Shown: piece after piece, positions 1 through 13,599 of the stretch | Numbering within the stretch: position 1 is the stretch's first letter | Layout of the letters: every line of letters starts with the position of its first letter | The notes under the pieces: model-generated | The model's database searches: none | The model's input: only the letters and a program-made list of their open reading frames with translations | What the model was told of the DNA's origin: nothing | Position numbers and translations under genes: made by a program | Assembly: GCF_964355755.1 (NCBI RefSeq) | Contig: NC_092670.1 | Span: forward strand, 27,390,288-27,454,287 | Direction of reading: 5' to 3' | DNA: 64,000 nucleotides | DNA from: Antedon mediterranea | Lineage: Eukaryota; Animalia; Echinodermata

Positions 1-156
1 TGAAATGGATGATCAATCAATGAAAAATAATGCCATGCAACTTTGTTTCTGATTTTAAAGAAGGTTCACTTGTTTAGGCCTGACAGTTGCAACCCTCAAA
101 ATATCTCACTTTCAAAAACAATATTTATTTTCAATTAAAAAAAAGAGAAAAAAAAT

Positions 157-225
157 ACCCTTATAGGTTCGAACCCACTACTGAGAGCACTCAAACCTGA
201 GCATGACCCGTTACGCCACAAACCA
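157..225 (-). ncRNA. Degenerate tRNA-like Pol III cassette in each SatA monomer (first copy shown); not a functional tRNA
   Basis: The minus strand has an A box TGGCGTAACGG (218-208) and a B box GGTTCGAACC (175-166), followed by a T-rich run. The D-arm pairs (GCGT/ATGC) but the acceptor and anticodon stems do not. Confidence 0.7.
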
Positions 226-3200
226 GTAGATGAGTGAAGAGCTGATAATAGTCTATTTATATGAAATAGATGATCAATCAATGAAAAATAATGCCATGCA
301 ACTTTGTTTCTGATTTTAAAAAAGGTTCACTTGTTTAGGCCTGACAGTTGCAACCCTCAAAATATCTCACTTTCAAAAACAATATTTATTTTCAATAAGA
401 AAAAAAGAGAAAAAAAATACCCTTATAGGTTCGAACCCACTACTGAGAGCACTCAACCCTGAGCATTACCCGTTACGCCACAAACCAGTAGATGAGTGAA
501 GAGCTGATAATAGTCTATTTATATGAAATGAATGATCCATCAATGTAAAATGATGTTATGCAACTTTGTTTCTGAATTTAAAAAAGGACCACTTGGTTAG
601 GCTTGACATTTAAAACCATAAAAATATCTCACTTTCAAAAACAATATTTATTTTCAAATAAAAAAAAAAAGAAAAAAAAATATTCCTAGAGGTTTGAACC
701 CACTACTGAGAGAACGCAAACCTGAGCATTACCGGTTACGCCACCAACCAGTAGATGAGTGAAGGGCTGTTAATAGTCTATTTATATGAAATGAATTATC
801 AATCAATGAAAAATAATGCCATGCAACTTTGTTTCTGATTTTAAAAAAGATCCATTTGTTTAGGCCTGACATTTACAACCCTCAAAATATCTCACTTTCA
901 AAAAAAATATTTATTTTCAATAAGAAAAAAAAGCAATATCCCTAGAGGTTGGAACCCGCTACTGAGACCACTCAAACCTGGGTATTACCCGTTACGCCAC
1001 AAACCAGTAGATAACTGAAGAGCTGATAATAGTCTATTTATATGAAATTAATGATCAATCAATGAAAAATAATGCCATGCAACTTTGTTTCTGATTTTAA
1101 AAAAGGTTCATTTGTTTAGGCCTGACATTTACAACCCTCAAAATATCTCACTTTCAATAAGAAAAAAAAGCAATATCTCTAGAGGTTGGAACCCGCTACT
1201 GAGACCACTCAAACCTGGGTATTACCCGTTACGCCACAAACCAGTAGATAACTGAAGAGCTGATAATAGTCTATTTATATGAAATTAATGATCAATCAAT
1301 GAAAAATAATGCCATGCAACTTTGTTTCTGATTTTAAAAAAGGTTCATTTGTTTAGGCCTGACATTTACAACCCTCAAAATATCTCACTTTCAAAAAAAA
1401 AAAAATTTATTTTCAATTAAAAAAAAAAGAAAAAAAATATCCCTAGAGGTTCGACCCACTACTCAGAGAACTCAAACTTGAGCATTACCCGTTACGCCAC
1501 AAACCAGTAGATGACTGAAGAGCTGATAATAGTCTATTTATATGAAATTAATGATCAATGAATGAAAAATAATGTCATGCAACTTTGTTTCTGATTTTAA
1601 AAAAGATCCATTTGTTTAGGCCTGTCATTCACAACCCTAAAAAATATCTCATTTTCCAAAAAAATAATTTTTTTCAATAAGAAAAAAAAAAAGCAATATC
1701 TCTAGAGGTTGGAACCCGCTACTGAGAGCACTCAAACCTGGGTATTACCCGTTACGCCACGAACCAGTAGATAACTGAAGAGCTGATAATAGTCTATTTA
1801 TATGAAATTAATGATCAATCAATGAAAAATAATGCCATGCAACTTTGTTTCTGATTTTAAAAAAGGTTCATTTTTTTAGGCCTGACATTTACAACCCTAA
1901 AAATATCTCACTTTCAAAAAAAATATTTATTTTCAATTAAAAAAAAGAAAGAAAAGAAAAATCCCAAGAGGTTCGAACCCACTACTGCGAACACTCAAAC
2001 TTGAGCATTACCCATTACGCCTCAAACCAGTAGATGACTGAAGAGCTGATAATAGTCTATTGATATGAAATGAATGATCAATCAATGAAAAATAATGCCA
2101 GGCAACTTTGTTTCTGATTTTAAAAAAGGTTCACTTGTTTAGGCCTGACATTCACAACCCTAAAAAAATCTCATTTTCCCAAAAAATTCTTATTTTCAAT
2201 AAGAAAAAAAAAAAGAAATATCCCTAGAGGTTGGAACCCGCTACTGAGAGTACTCAAACCTGGGCATTACCCGTTACACCACAAACCAGTAGATAACTCA
2301 AGAGCTGATAATAGTCTATTTATATGAAATTAATGATCAATCAATGAAAAATAATGCCATGCAACTTTGTTTCTGATTTTAAAAAAGGTTCATTTGTTTA
2401 GGCCTGACATTTACAACCCTCAAAATATCTCACTTTCAAAAAAAATATTTATTTTCAATTAAAAAAAAGAAAGAAAGAAATATCCCTAGAGGTTCGAACC
2501 CACTACTGCGAGCACTCAAACTTGAGCATTACCCGTTACGCCTCAAACCAGTAGATGACTGAAGAGCTGATAATACTCTATTTATATGAAATGAATAATA
2601 AATCAATGAAAAATTATGCCATGCAACTTTGTTTCTGATTTAAAAAATGTTCACTTGTTTAGGCCTGACATTTACAACCCTCAAAATATCTCACTTTCAA
2701 AAATAATATTTATTTTCAATTAAAAAAAAAAAGAAACAAAATATCCGTAGAGGTTCGAACCCACTAGTGAGAGCACTCAAACTTGAGTATTACCCGTTAC
2801 GCCACAAACCAGTAGATGACTGAAGAGCTGATAATACTCTATTTATATGAAATAAATAATAAATCAATGAAAAATAATGCCATGCAACTTTGTTTCTGAT
2901 TTTAAAAAAGGTCCACTTGTTTAGGCCTGATATTTACAACCCTCAAAATATCTCACTTTCAAAAACCATATTTATTTTCAATTTAAAAAAAAAAGAAAAA
3001 AAATGTCCCCAGAGGATCGACCCACTACTCAGAGCACTCAAACTTGAGCATTACCCATTACGCCTCAAACCAGTAGATGACTGAAGTGCTGATAATAGTC
3101 TATTTATATGAAATGAATGATCAATCAATGAAAAATAATGCCATGCAACTTTGTTTCTGATTTTAAAAAAGGTCCACTTGTTTAGGCCTGACATTCACAA

Positions 3201-3877
3201 CCCTAAAAAAATCTCATTTTCCCAATAAGAAAAAAAAAAGAAATATCCCTAGAGGTTGGAACCCGCTACTGAGAATACTCAAACCTGGGCATTACCCGTT
3301 ACACCACAAACCAGTAGATAACTGAAGAGCTGATAATAGTCTATTTATATGAAATTAATGATCAATCAATAAAAAATAATGCCATTCAACTTTGTTTCTG
3401 ATTTTAAAAAAAGGTTCATTTATTTAGGCCTGACATTTACAACCCTCAAAATATCTCACTTTAAAAAAAAACTTTTATTTTCAATTAAAAAAAAAAAGAA
3501 AGGAAATATCCCTAGAGGTTCGAACCCACTACTGCGAGCACTCAAACTTGAGCATTATCCGTTACGCCACAAACCAGTAGATGGCTGAGTAGCTGATAAT
3601 ATTCTATTTATATGAAATGAATGATCAATCAATGAAACATAATGCCATGCAACTTTGTTTCTGATTTAAAAAAATGTCCACTTGTTTAAGCCTGACATTT
3701 ACTACCCTCAAAATATCTCACTTTTAAAAAACCATATTTATTTTCAATTTAAAAAAAGAAAGAAAAAACAATATCCCTAGAGGTTCGACCCACAACTCAG
3801 AGCACTCAAACCTGAGCATTACCCGTTAGGCCACAAACCAGTAGATGACTGAAGAGCTGATAATAGTCTATTTATAT

Positions 3878-5053
3878 CAATATATATATCAATTTTCAAA
3901 ATAGCATGGGCTTAGATAATATACCATCTTTTTATTATAATGTTCTAAAGTGTTGTGTTGAATTTAATAATACGAATAATGAAGGTACAATTAACGAGTA
4001 TGAAGAAGTGATAAAACAAAACTTATGGGGTAATAATGATATTAAATATAGAAACAAACCACTATTCTTTAAGAAGTGGATAGATGCAGGTTTTAATCAA
4101 ATTGGAGATATAATTATTTTCAATCGTCTAATGAAACCTATAGAAATAATTAAACAATTACGTATTAAGAAAAACTGGATAGCTGAATATTTTTCTCTAA
4201 CCAGAGCTATTCCAAAAGAGTGGTTAAGTATAATTAAACATAATATGCCAAATATGAACCAATATATGAATGTGAATCTGGAATACAATATCAACAATAT
4301 AATTAAGATGACAACAAAAGATGTTTATTCTAACTTTGTTAATAATGTTTTTATTCCCCCGAAAAGCATACTTAAATGGAATAACATATTCAATGAAGAT
4401 ATCAAGTGGTGTGATGTCTGGAAAAGAAAAGTGAAAAACGAAAAAATTAAGAAATTTGCACAATTGAATTACAAATTACTAAATAGAGTTGTACCTACAA
4501 ATCTAAAACTGTATAACTGGAAACTGAAAAATAATAACATATGTAACAATTGTGGAGTCATTGAAGACGAAAAACATATGTTTTATTATTGTAAACGTAA
4601 TCAAATAATGTGGGAAAAAATTGACAATATATTTAAAAAGCTAGATAACAGCAGTAGCTCGTTCAAAGAACTCCTGTTAGGAAGTAAATGTCAATTAAAA
4701 AACCAATTGTATTCAATAGCTGTGTACGTCATATACATAATTAAAATTAAAACTGAACTTAAAAAACCTGTATGCCAGAATCCCTGGATTCAGTTTAAAT
4801 ATATTTTAAAAGATATGAATACACTAGGCATGTTGTAACTTATAAGTGGCATCCATTTTTGTATTTTAAGATGTACAGTTTTTGTATGCATATAATCAAA
4901 CCACTATATGTATAAAGGTTAAAAGAGTAAAAATCAGAAAATAACGAAAAAAGTAGAAAACAGAAATTTAATGTATGAAAATGAAATGTGAACGAAATTT
5001 GTATGAAAGAATGAATAAAGGTGGTGGTTAACCACAAAAGAGATAAAAAAAAA
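3878..5053 (+). mobile_element. 5'-truncated non-LTR retrotransposon (Tx1/L1-like) 3' end, copy 1
   Basis: Non-satellite insert with a C-terminal ORF2 fragment, AATAAA at 5014-5019, palindrome GTGGTTAACCAC at 5024-5035 and an A tail merging into a satellite A-run. About 100 bp of the monomer is missing at the site and there is no TSD. Confidence 0.85.
3906..4838 (+). CDS. C-terminal part of LINE ORF2 (zf-RVT-like CCHC zinc-knuckle region); RT and endonuclease absent
   Basis: 310-aa ORF with LWGNNDIKYRNKPLFFKKW and NYKLLNRVVPTN...CNNCGVIEDEKHMFYYC, typical of Tx1-clade ORF2 C-termini. Confidence 0.8.
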   Translation: MGLDNIPSFYYNVLKCCVEFNNTNNEGTINEYEEVIKQNLWGNNDIKYRNKPLFFKKWIDAGFNQIGDIIIFNRLMKPIEIIKQLRIKKNWIAEYFSLTRAIPKEWLSIIKHNMPNMNQYMNVNLEYNINNIIKMTTKDVYSNFVNNVFIPPKSILKWNNIFNEDIKWCDVWKRKVKNEKIKKFAQLNYKLLNRVVPTNLKLYNWKLKNNNICNNCGVIEDEKHMFYYCKRNQIMWEKIDNIFKKLDNSSSSFKELLLGSKCQLKNQLYSIAVYVIYIIKIKTELKKPVCQNPWIQFKYILKDMNTLGML

Positions 5054-8000
5054 ATATCTCATTTTCAAAATAAATATTGATTTGCAATAAGAAAAAAAAA
5101 GCAATATCCCTAGAGGTTGGAACCCGCTACTGAGAGCACTCAAACCTGGATATTACCCGTTACGCCACAAACCAGTAGATAACTGAAGAGCTGATAATAA
5201 TATATTTATATGAAATTAATGATCAATTAATGAAAAATAATGCCATGCAACTTTGTTTCTGATTTTAAAAAAGGTTTATTTGTTTAGGCCTGACATTTAC
5301 AACCCTCAAAATATCTCACTTAAAAAAAAAATATTTATTTTCAATTAAAAAAAAGAAAGAAAAGAAATATCCCTAGAGGTTCGAACCCACTACTGCGAGC
5401 ACTCAAACTTGAGCATTACCCGTTACGCCTCAAACCAGTAGATGACTGAAGAGCTGATAATACTCTATTTATATGAAATGAATAATAAATCAATGAAAAA
5501 TAATGCCATGCAGCTTTGATTCTGATTTTAAAAAAGGTTCACTTGCTTAGGCCTGACATTTACAACCCTCAAAATATCTCACTTTCAAAAACAATATTTA
5601 TTTTCAATTAAAAAAAAAAAAGAAACAAGATATCCGTAGAGGTTTGAACCCACTAGTGAGAGCACTCAAACTTGAGCATTACCCGTTACGCCACAAACCA
5701 GTAGATGACTGAAGAGCTGATAATACTCTATTTATATGAAATAAATAATAAATCAATGAAAAATAATGCCATGCAACTTTGTTTCTGATTTTAAAAAAGA
5801 TACATTTGTTTAGGCCTGACATTCACAACCCTAAAAAATATCTCATTCTCAAAAAAAATATTTATTTTCAATAAGAAAAAAAAAGCAATATCCCTAGAGG
5901 TTGGAACCTGCTACTGAGAGCACTCAAACCTGGATATTACCCGTTACGCCACAAACCAGTAGATAACTGAAGAGCTGATAATAATATATTTATATGAAAT
6001 TAATGATCAATCAATGAAAAATAATGCCATGCAACTTTGTTTCTGATTTTAAAAAAGGTTTATTTGTTTAGGCCTGACATTTACAACTCTCAAAATATCT
6101 CACTTTCAAAAAAAATATTTATTTTCAATTAAAAAAAAAAAGAAAAAAAATATCCCTAGAGGTTCGACCCACTTCTCAGAGCACTCAAACCTGAGCATTA
6201 CCCGTTACGCCACAAACCAGTAGATGACTGAAGAGCTGATAATAGTCTATTTATATGAAATGAATGATCAATCAATGAAAAATAATGCCATGCAACTTTG
6301 TTTCTGATTTTAAAAAAGATCCATTTGTTTAGGCCTGTCATTCACAACCCTAAAAAATATCTCATTTTCAAAAAAAATATTTATTTTCAATAAGAAAAAA
6401 AAAAGCAGTATCCCTAGAAGTTGGAACCCGCTACTGAGAGCACTCAAACCTGGGTATTACCCGTTACGCCACAAACCAGTAGATAACTGAAGAGCTGATA
6501 ATAGTTTATTTATATGAAATTAATGATCAATCAATGAAAAATAATGCCATGCAACTTTGTTTCTGATTTTAAAAAAAGGTTCATTTGTTTAGGCCTGACA
6601 TTTACAACCCTCAAAATATCTCAATTAAAAAAAAAATATTTATTTTCAATTAAAAAAAAAAAGAAAAGAAATATCCCTAGAGGTTCGAACCCACTACTGC
6701 GAGCACTCAAACTTGAGCATTACCCGTTACGCCTCAAACCAGTAGATGACTGAAGAGCTGATAATACTCTATTTATATGAAATGAATAATAAATGAATGA
6801 AAAATAATGCCATGCAGCTTTGTTTCTGATTTTAAAAAAGGTTCACTTGTTTAGGCCTGACATTTACAACCCTCAAAATATCTCACTTTCAAAAACAATA
6901 TTTATTTTCAATTAAAAAAAAAAGAAACAAAATATCCGTAGAGGTTCGAACCCACTAGTGAGAGCACTCAAACTTGAGCATTACCCGTTACGCCACAAAC
7001 CAGTAGATGACTGAAGAGCTGATAATACTCTATTTATATGAAATAAATAATAAATCAATGAAAAATAATGGCTTGCAACTTTGTTTCTGATTGAAAAAAA
7101 TGTCCACTTGTTTAGGCCTGACATTTACAACCCTCAAAATATCTCACTTTCAAAAACAATATTTATTTTCAAATAAAAAAAAATAAAAAAATATTCCTAG
7201 AGGTTCGAACCCACTACTGAGAGCACTCAAACCTGAACATTACCGGTTACGCCACCAACCAGTAGATGAGTGAACGAGCTGATAATAGTCTATTTATATG
7301 AAATCAATGATCCAGCAATGTAAAATTATGTTATTCAACTTTTTTTCTAAAAAAAGGTCCACTTGTTCAGGCCTGACATTTACAACACTCAAAATATCTC
7401 ACTTTCAAAAACAATATTTATTTTCAATTAAAAAAAAAAAAGAAAAAAAATATTCGTAGAGGTTCGAACCCACTACTGCGAGAACTCAAACCTGACCACT
7501 ACCGGTTACGCCACAAACCAGTAGATAAATGAAGAGCTGATAATAGTCTATTTATATGAAATTAATGATCAATCAATGAAAAATAATGCCATGAAACTTT
7601 GTTTCTGATTTAAAAAAAGGTCCACTTGGTTAGGCTTGACATTTAAAACCATAAAAATATCTCACTTTCAAAAACAATATTTATTTTCAAATTAAAAAAA
7701 AAAGAAAAAAATTATCCCTAGAAGTTCGAATCCACTATTGAAATCACTCAAACCTGAGCATTACCCGTTACGCCACAAACCAGTAGATGAGTGAAGAGCT
7801 GATAATAGTCTATTTATATGAAATGAATGATCAATCAATGAAAAATAATGCCATGCAACTTTGTTTCTGATTTAAAAAAAGATCCATTTGTTTAGGCCTG
7901 TCATTCACAACCCTAAAAAATATCTCATTTTCAAAAAAAATATTTATTTTCAATAAGAAAAAAAAAAGCAGTATCCCTAGAAGTTGGAACCCGCTACTGA

Positions 8001-9880
8001 GAGCACTCAAACCTGGGTATTACCCGTTACGCCACAAACCAGTAGATAACTGAAGAGCTGATAATAGTTTATTTATATGAAATTAATGATCAATCAATGA
8101 AAAATAATGCCATGCAACTTTGTTTCTGATTTTAAAAAAAGGTTCATTTGTTTAGGCCTGACATTTACAACCCTCAAAATATCTCAATTAAAAAAAAAAT
8201 ATTTATTTTCAATTAAAAAAAAAAAGAAAAGAAATATCCCTAGAGGTTCGAACCCACTACTGCGAGCACTCAAACTTGAGCATTACCCGTTACGCCTCAA
8301 ACCAGTAGATGACTGAAGAGCTGATAATACTCTATTTATATGAAATGAATAATAAATCAATGAAAAATAATGCCATGCAGCTTTGTTTCTGATTTTAAAA
8401 AAGGTTCACTTGTTTAGGCCTGACATTTACAACCCTCAAATATCTCACTTTCAAAAACAATATTTATTTTCAATTAAAAAAAAAAGAAACAAAATATCCG
8501 TAGAGGTTCGAACCCACTAGTGAGAGCACTCAAACTTGAGCATTACCCGTTACGCCACAAACCAGTAGATAACTGAAGAGGTGATAATACTCTATTTATA
8601 TGAAATAAATAATAAATCAATGAAAAATAATGCCATGCAACTTTGTTTCTGATTGAAAAAAATGTCCACTTGTTTAGGCCTGACATTTACAACCCTCAAA
8701 ATATCTCACTTTCAAAAACAATATTTATTTTCAAATAAAAAAAAATAAAAAAATATTCCTAGAGGTTCGAACCCACTACTGGGAGCACTCAAACCTGAGC
8801 ATTCTCCGTTACGCCACAAACCAGTAGATGGCTGAGTAGCTGATAATAGTCTATTTATATGAAATGAATGATCAATCAATGAAAAATAATGCCATGCAAC
8901 TTTGTTTCTGCTTTTAAAAAAGATCCATTTGTTTAGGCCTGACATTCACAACCCTAAAAAATATCTCATTTAAAAAAAAAATATTTATTTTCAATAAGAA
9001 AAAAAAAGCAATATCACTAGAGGTTGGAACCCGCTACTGAGAGCACTCAAACCTGGGTATTACCCGTTACGCCACAAACCAGTAGATAACTGAAGAGCTG
9101 ATAATAGTCTATTTATATGAAATTAATGATCAATCAATGAAAAATAATGCCATGCAACTTTGTTTCTGATTTTAAAAAAGATCCATTTGTTTAGACCTGA
9201 CATTCACAACCCTAAAAAATATCTCATTTAAAAAAAAAAATTATTTTCAATAAGAAAAAAAAGCAATATCCCTAGAGGTTGGAACCCGCTACTGAGATCA
9301 TTCAAACCTGGGTAATACCCGTTACGCCACAAACCAGTAGATGACTGAAGAGCTGATAATAGTCTTTTTATAATGTATGGATGATCAATCAATGAAAAAT
9401 AATACCATGCAACTTTGTTTCTGATTTTAAAAAAGGTTCACTTGTTTAGGCCTGACCGTTGCAACCCTCAAAATATCTCATTTTCAAAAAAAATGTTTAT
9501 TTTCAATAAGGAAAAAAAAGCAATATCCCTAGAGGTTGGAACCCGCTACTGAGAGCACTCAACCCTGGGTATTACCCGTTAGGCCACAAACCAGTATATG
9601 ATTGAAGAGATGATAATAGTCTATTTATATGAAATAGATGATCAATCATTGAAAAATAATGCCATGCAACTTTGTTTCTGATTTTAAAAAAGGTTCACTT
9701 GTTTAGGCCTGACAGTTGCAACTCTCAAAATATCTCCCTTTCAAAAACAATATTTATTTTCAATAAGAAAAAAAGAGAAAAAAAATACCCTTATAGGTTC
9801 GAACCCACTACTGAGAGCACTCAAACCTGAGCATTACCCGTTACGCCACAAACCAGTAGATGAGTGAAGAGCTGATAATA

Positions 9881-10002
9881 TCACGTGATTGCGGGGCGCC
9901 CTCGCAATCATCTTTTGACAGCGTGAGCATCTCATCCTCTTCACCTCACGCTGTCAACAGATTACCACGCCAGTTTTTGGCTAAGTAAAATAATTTTCAC
10001 TT
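9881..10002 (+). repeat. Ngaro split direct repeat A1 (122 bp; second copy A2 at 16506-16627)
   Basis: TCACGTGATTGCGGGGCGCCCTCGCAATCA...AAAATAATTTTCACTT appears identical at both positions. Confidence 0.95.
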
Positions 10003-10214
10003 TTACATTTACCAGTTCATTTTATCCTCATACACTTATAGGCTGTGTGAACTCACACAATATACTTTGACTGGAATTTATCTAACACCTTATCTTACCC
10101 CCATTCTGTTCGATTTTTTGTACTTTACTGTAATTTTGTTGTCTGGTTGTGTCCTACTAACTAGGCTCAACTCATTCGTTTCCGGTTTGAGCGAAAGCCT
10201 CGCTTTCCAACACG

Positions 10215-10428
10215 GCTTGGGTAATTCGTCCGACTCCATACTTGGTTCACATCAACCTTTGCCTGACTTCCGAATCAGTCATCACTATGAATGATAATAC
10301 TGTACTGTTCTTTGGGGGGTGCCCGGCCTAAAGATAAACGACCTAACTAATTTTGTAAATCAAGTGGCAACATTCAAGCCAGATTTTTGATAATCGTCCT
10401 CGGATCGAATGACCTAGTTAAAAAGTAA
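10215..10428 (+). pseudogene. SGNH/GDSL hydrolase-like remnant in Ngaro element
   Basis: Manual translation across frameshifts gives SDSIL ... GVPGLKINDLTNFVNQVATFKPDF / LIIVLGSNDLVKK, resembling SGNH blocks I-III (GDS, G, GxND). Confidence 0.6.
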
Positions 10429-10734
10429 GGTCTGCTTTCATACACGGAGCCTCTTATGCTAAGTTATGCCATTAAATAACAACAATCTTATTATCTGTTA
10501 CTACTACTGCAGTCACTGTGGACAATCCGGAACCGGATTTTAGAGGAAAAAAAAAACATAATTAAACAGAATAAACAAAAAAAAATGCCAGGCAATACAC
10601 TGTTGACACCATTTATTATTTTTCCATTGTTTTACATCCAAAAGAAATAAATAATAACTTGTTGTTTTTCTTTCTTGATGCTACGCTAAACTGGCAAATA
10701 TTTTGCACAAATCTGAATGGTTTATAGTTAGTAT

Positions 10735-12725
10735 AGCATTCATCTTATGACTCATGCTGGTTCCCTAAGTACATCATTCATTATATTAAGACACATGCTG
10801 GTTTCCAAAGTACAGCATTCATTATGACTCATGCTAGTTTCCCAAGTACAGCATTCATTATGACGATATGATGCTGGTTCCTATACTACCACCACATAAT
10901 TGACTTATGCTGGTTCATACGCCGACATACGCCGGTGTTTTATCACTCATCCTCTTAAGTACAGCATTCATTATATGACTCATGCTGGTTCCTATACTAC
11001 CACCACATAAATTGCTTATGCTGGTTCATACGCCGACATACGCCGGTGTTTTATCACTCATCCTCTTACGTACAGCATTCATTATGACTCATGCTGGTTC
11101 CCATACTACCACCACATAATTACTTATGCTGCTTCATTTACTACCCCCACATACGGCGGTGTTTTATCACTCATGCTCTTAAGTACAGCATTCATTTTAT
11201 GACTCATGCTGGTTTCACTACTACCACCACATAATTTCTTATGCTGGTTCATTAACCCTTCTACCACCACATAATTTCTTATGCTGGTTCATTACCTACC
11301 TCCACATACGGCGGTGTTTTATCACTCATGCCCTTAAGTACAGCATTCTTTATATGACTCATGCTGGTTATATGACTCATGCTGGTTTCACTACTACCAC
11401 CACATAATTTCTTATGCTGGTTCACCATTATATGAATACTACCACCACATAATTTCTTATGCTGGTTTACCATTATATGACTACTACCACCAAATAATTT
11501 CTTATGCTGGTTCACCATTATATGAATACTACCACCACATAATTTCTTATGCTGGTTTACCATTATATGAATACTACCACCACATAATTTCTTATGCTGG
11601 TTTACCATTATATGACTACTACCACCACATAATTTCTTATGCTGGTTCACCATTATATGACTACTACCACCACATAATTTCTTATGCTGGTTTACCATTA
11701 TATGACTACTACCACCACATAATTTCTTATGCTGGTTCACCATTATATGACTACTACCACCACATAATTTCTTATGCTGGTTTACCATTATATGACTACT
11801 ACCACCACATAATTTCTTATGCTGGTTCACCATTATATGACTACTACCACCACATAATTTCTTATGCTGGTTTACCATTATATGACTACTACCACCACAT
11901 AATTTCTTATGCTGGTTCACCATTATATGACTACTACCACCACATAATTTCTTATGCTGGTTTACCATTATATGACTACTACCACCACATAATTTCTTAT
12001 GCTGGTTTACCATTATATGACTACTACCACCACATAATTTCTTATGCTGGTTCACCATTATATGACTACTACCACCACATAATTTCTTATGCTGGTTTAC
12101 CATTATATGACTACCACCACCACATAATTTCTTATGCTGGTTTACCATTATATGACTACTACCACCACATAATTTCTTATGCTGGTTCACCATTATATGA
12201 CTACTACCACCACATAATTTCTTATGCTGGTTTACCACTATATGACTACCACCACCACATAATTTCTTATGCTGGTTTACCATTATATGACTACTACCAC
12301 CACATAATTTCTTATGCTGGTTCATTCATTATATTATGACTCATGCTGGTTCCCCTATTACCACCACATAATTACTTATGCTGGTTCATTAACCCTACTA
12401 CCACCACATGATTTCTTATGCTGGTTCAATACCCACCCCCACATACGGCGGTGTTTTTATCACTCATGCTCTTAAGTACAGCATTCATTATATGACTCAT
12501 GCTGGTTTCCCTACTACCACCGCATAATTACTTATGCTGGTTCATTAACTACCCCCACATACGGCGGTGTTTTATCACTCATGCTCTTAAGTACAGCATT
12601 CATTATTTGACTCATGCTGGTTATTTGACTCATGCTGGTCCCCCTACTATAACCCCATAGGGCGGTGGTGTCTTATCACCCTCCTCTAAGTACAGCATTT
12701 CTTTAAATGACTCATGCTGGTTTCA
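10735..12725. repeat. Compound minisatellite inside Ngaro 5' region; core 45-bp unit about 21 copies (11391-12325)
   Basis: Unit CTACTACCACCACATAATTTCTTATGCTGGTT(T/C)ACCATTATATGA, flanked by shuffled modules TGACTCATGCTGGTT and GGCGGTGTTTTATCACTCATGCTCTTAAGTACAGCATTC. Confidence 0.95.
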
Positions 12726-12880
12726 TTCTCTACCCCAATGCTGACTCTTGTCTCCAATCTTTTTTTTTTCCCTCCTTAACATGGTTGCAGGGCCCTTTTC
12801 CCCTGCAACTTGATGATATCTGTCCACACACATTTTTCTTTCCGTCTTAATCGCACAACGATTTTCTTACAGATACACCA

Positions 12881-12924
12881 TGTCAGGACGGAAAAGAACT
12901 AACAAGAGGTAAAAAATACGGCAC

Positions 12925-12964
<40 letters not shown>

Positions 12965-13580
12965 TGCCAGTACCTGAATTTGACATAAATAAGAATTAAA
13001 GGACATGAGGCATATCGTCGAAACCCTGGTAACTTCTGTGGTTGAGATTAATGTCGCTAAGCCGAACCTACCGGCAGCTCTCTTCCTCAAACCCCCTACC
13101 TTGTCAAAAACTTAAAGAGAAAATAATCTCCCACAAATTCATCGAGCTGCACAATCTGCTCGACTTCAACAGCGCAGCGGAAGCTTTGACGCCAACGTTC
13201 ACTGGTACCTTTGAACTTGTGCCTAAGCCCAAATGCCGCATCTTAAACGAACACAACTGGCACTAGGCCTTTCACGACTTTGCCACAATTTTATTTAAGT
13301 AAATATACGCAGGACATCTTAATTATTTTAAGTATATTAAATACCTCATGCGCAGTCATCCAAATTAATGGTACTTTTACGACTGATAATTTCGAATGGC
13401 TACTGAGTACACACTTTGCTCTTGGTCATCGGTTCGAGCCGACCTCCTGCATAAACTAGACGCAACGAGCTAACCATAAACCTCTAACCCATCCAACCGT
13501 GGAGCGTCCACTCGGCTTCTCCTACCATAACAGATTCAATAGATGTGTCCAGACAAACTGTCAGTATCGCCACTCGTTTT
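12881..13580 (+). pseudogene. Ngaro gag-like ORF1 remnant
   Basis: Fragments LKEKIISHKFIELHNLLDF and ILNEHNWH*AFHDFATIL resemble DIRS/Ngaro ORF1. Multiple stops and a ~35-nt A run are present. Boundaries are approximate. Confidence 0.55.
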
Positions 13581-13599
13581 TCAGTGCTCGGGATCCCAA

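Larger units (their letters stand above)
1..9880. repeat. SatA tandem satellite, ~261-bp monomer, tRNA-derived (first block, interrupted by LINE fragment at 3878-5053)
   Basis: TGAAAT..GATCAATCAATGAAAAATAATGCCATGCAACTTTG recurs at 1, 262 and onward every ~260 bp. Identical 69-aa spurious ORFs at 6544 and 8107 (1563 bp apart, about 6 monomers) indicate higher-order duplication. Confidence 0.97.

Noticed and set aside
157-225. Functional tRNA gene array
   Set aside because: The acceptor, anticodon and T stems do not pair and no anticodon can be assigned. Kept only as a tRNA-derived Pol III-like cassette.
11279-12325. 348-aa minus-strand repeat protein (MVNQHKKLCGGSSHI)n
   Set aside because: It is a by-product of a 45-bp minisatellite (a multiple of 3), antisense to the host element, with no unique domain.
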